Source of the DNA: a virus
Lineage: Duplodnaviria > Caudoviricetes
Strand: one strand, 5' to 3'
IMG/VR virus record: IMGVR_UViG_3300031519_000224
Coordinates: 1 to 24,126 of that record
Length of the DNA: 24,126 bases
Within the stretch, counting starts at the first letter, position 1; the number at the start of each line of letters is the position of its first letter. Below are positions 22,586 through 24,126 of this stretch, piece after piece. Under the pieces are notes generated by a model. That model made no database searches and was not told the origin of the DNA. It saw nothing but the letters and a program-made list of their open reading frames with translations. The translations under genes were made by a program, and so were the position numbers.

Positions 22586-24126
22586 TCAAAATGGCACGTC
22601 ATGGAAATCGTCCGCCCCCTCGTGCCAAGCCTTCACCACCTCAATCGCCTCATCCCCCTCGCACTGGGCACCCCCACCACGGAACCAAATGCGGTGCAAC
22701 TTACCCTTAATCTTGACCCGCTTTCTCGCCGTCTGCCGATAGCCCAAGTCACGCAGGATGTTTGCCATGACCCTGTTCTGGGGAAGCGAGCCACCGTCCA
22801 TGAGCGCACAACTGTTCAGGTGCGTGACATCCACCACTTTGTCGCTGATGATTTCGCAAGCGTATTCCTCAAGCGCCTCTTCGACGGCCTGACGGTCGTC
22901 GGAGATATTCGCACTGCGCATTTCCTTGAGGCCAGCCGTGATGGGTGCTCGCCCGTGCGGGTCGAAATTAGGCGACAATCCGTTCGCCGCCCGATCCAAG
23001 AGAAAGCGCCCGATGGCGTCCGCACGCCTGTTGCTTTGCGAAAACAGGCGATCAAAGTATCGCCCTGTTTCTTCGCGCCCACCATGCTGCTCAAACAGGT
23101 CTGACTGCTCGTAATGACGGGTGAAGATAACGCAGTATCGTCTGTCATTATCGCTGATCGGCACAGCGTCTTGGTGGTTGGTTGTCATGAGGTAACTTGC
23201 AAAATTAGGCGCGTGGTATCTCGCCGCCCCCTTCGGCTCGACGGCGATGCTGTCGTTGGAGATCATCGGCTTGAGTTGGTCCAAGACGCGCCACTTGTTT
23301 GTGCCGCTGATCCTGATCTCTTCGATGCCAATAAGCCGACTGCCCACCGCCCAATCGTTGAAGGGTCGTTCAACCATGCTGGTGTTGATGACCGTCGCGT
23401 TGCGGCCCAGCAGGTTCTGCATGACGTGGTAGAAGTAGGTCTTGCCGTTACCTTCGATACCCCAGAGCAACATTCCCCAGCGCACACGCTTGCCGGGGTT
23501 GGCGTAGACGTAAGCGAGGAAATCCATAAGCAGATCTCCTTCGCGGTGATCTACGATGGTATTGCGGACGTGCTGGACGAAGAGATCGACCACGGCCTGA
23601 CCGTCCTGATCCAACGAGGCGCAGGGCTTGGTTCCGCTGGGGTGGTAGAGGTTGACGTAATCCTTGCCGTCGTCGCCGCTGAACATGTTGGGTTGACCGG
23701 GCCAGTAGAGGCCGCGCAGGACCGTGGGGATTTGGACCACCTGCAACGCATAGGTGGCGGCGTCGGTCTCGGCTGCAACGACTTCGGGCTGGCGGTCGAA
23801 CTTTGCTCGAAAAGCCTCGCGCCTGATGGCATAGTCGGACATTTTTGTGTTGATGAAAACACAATCGGCCTCGCCGTAAACCCAACCATGAAGCCACGCG
23901 GGCGTCTCGACCTCGGTGGCATCGTCATCCCCACCAGCCCGACCCTGGCGCGTCAGGGGCTTGAAGGATGCCTTGACTTCGCGCAGGCCCATGCCCGCGT
24001 CTTTGGCGTAGACCTCGTGGACGGTCTTGGCGAGCAGGCTGCGGATGTCGGGGGATAGCTGCACCTCGTTGAGCGCTTGGACGCGCTTCTTGAAAGCGGC
24101 GTAGGAGGCGCGGTCATTGACCCCTG
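22586..24126 (-). CDS. Primase-helicase, C-terminal SF3/D5-like (DUF5906-type) ATPase part; start lies beyond the right edge
   Basis: Walker A WGIEGNGKT, Walker B IGIEE, motif C TTNH and DRRY arginine finger. The frame stays open from 24064 to the window edge, so the ORF-track start is not the real one. Confidence 0.88.
   Translation of the reverse strand, partial: GVNDRASYAAFKKRVQALNEVQLSPDIRSLLAKTVHEVYAKDAGMGLREVKASFKPLTRQGRAGGDDDATEVETPAWLHGWVYGEADCVFINTKMSDYAIRREAFRAKFDRQPEVVAAETDAATYALQVVQIPTVLRGLYWPGQPNMFSGDDGKDYVNLYHPSGTKPCASLDQDGQAVVDLFVQHVRNTIVDHREGDLLMDFLAYVYANPGKRVRWGMLLWGIEGNGKTYFYHVMQNLLGRNATVINTSMVERPFNDWAVGSRLIGIEEIRISGTNKWRVLDQLKPMISNDSIAVEPKGAARYHAPNFASYLMTTNHQDAVPISDNDRRYCVIFTRHYEQSDLFEQHGGREETGRYFDRLFSQSNRRADAIGRFLLDRAANGLSPNFDPHGRAPITAGLKEMRSANISDDRQAVEEALEEYACEIISDKVVDVTHLNSCALMDGGSLPQNRVMANILRDLGYRQTARKRVKIKGKLHRIWFRGGGAQCEGDEAIEVVKAWHEGADDFHDVPF

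Larger units (their letters stand above)
1..24126 (-). mobile_element. Podovirus-like tailed phage (or prophage) genome segment: replication, packaging, head, tail, lysis and ejection modules
   Basis: Co-oriented minus-strand genes with recognisable TerS, TerL, portal, scaffold, capsid, adaptor, nozzle, fibres, lysis and internal virion proteins. No tape-measure, tube or sheath gene, and no host housekeeping genes or att site in view. Confidence 0.97.

Noticed and set aside
22601-24058. 314-aa and 167-aa plus-strand ORFs opposite the primase-helicase
   Set aside because: Antisense shadows; the minus-strand frame carries all the helicase motifs.

Overview
The whole 24.1 kb window is part of a short-tailed (podovirus-like) dsDNA phage genome or prophage, most likely from an alphaproteobacterial host. 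The host call is inferred from GC richness, gene content and resemblance to HTVC010P/P22-like marine phage architecture. All credible genes are on the minus strand. In transcription order (right to left): primase-helicase (truncated by the window edge), an iteron-rich putative origin, a Zn-ribbon protein, a Dam-like adenine methyltransferase, DUF6378, TerS, a 426-bp structured non-coding gap, TerL, a candidate ~80-nt small RNA, two tiny basic ORFs missed by the ORF track, an ADP-ribosyltransferase-like protein, portal, scaffold, major capsid, adaptor, several tail fibre/RBP genes with a chaperone, a five-gene lysis cassette, another fibre, nozzle, a C1q-like protein, a GNAT-like protein and three ejection (internal virion) proteins. 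The most unusual locus is the insert between TerL and portal: an anti-Shine-Dalgarno-loop sRNA candidate, Cys-rich and basic microproteins, and an ART-PolyVal-like protein with a non-canonical residue. Also notable are a 16-bp quasi-palindromic box repeated at three module boundaries, an ejection protein with a self-cleaving S74 domain, and a muramidase-bearing ejection protein with a strong internal start. Family assignments come from motif recognition by eye; no database searches were run.
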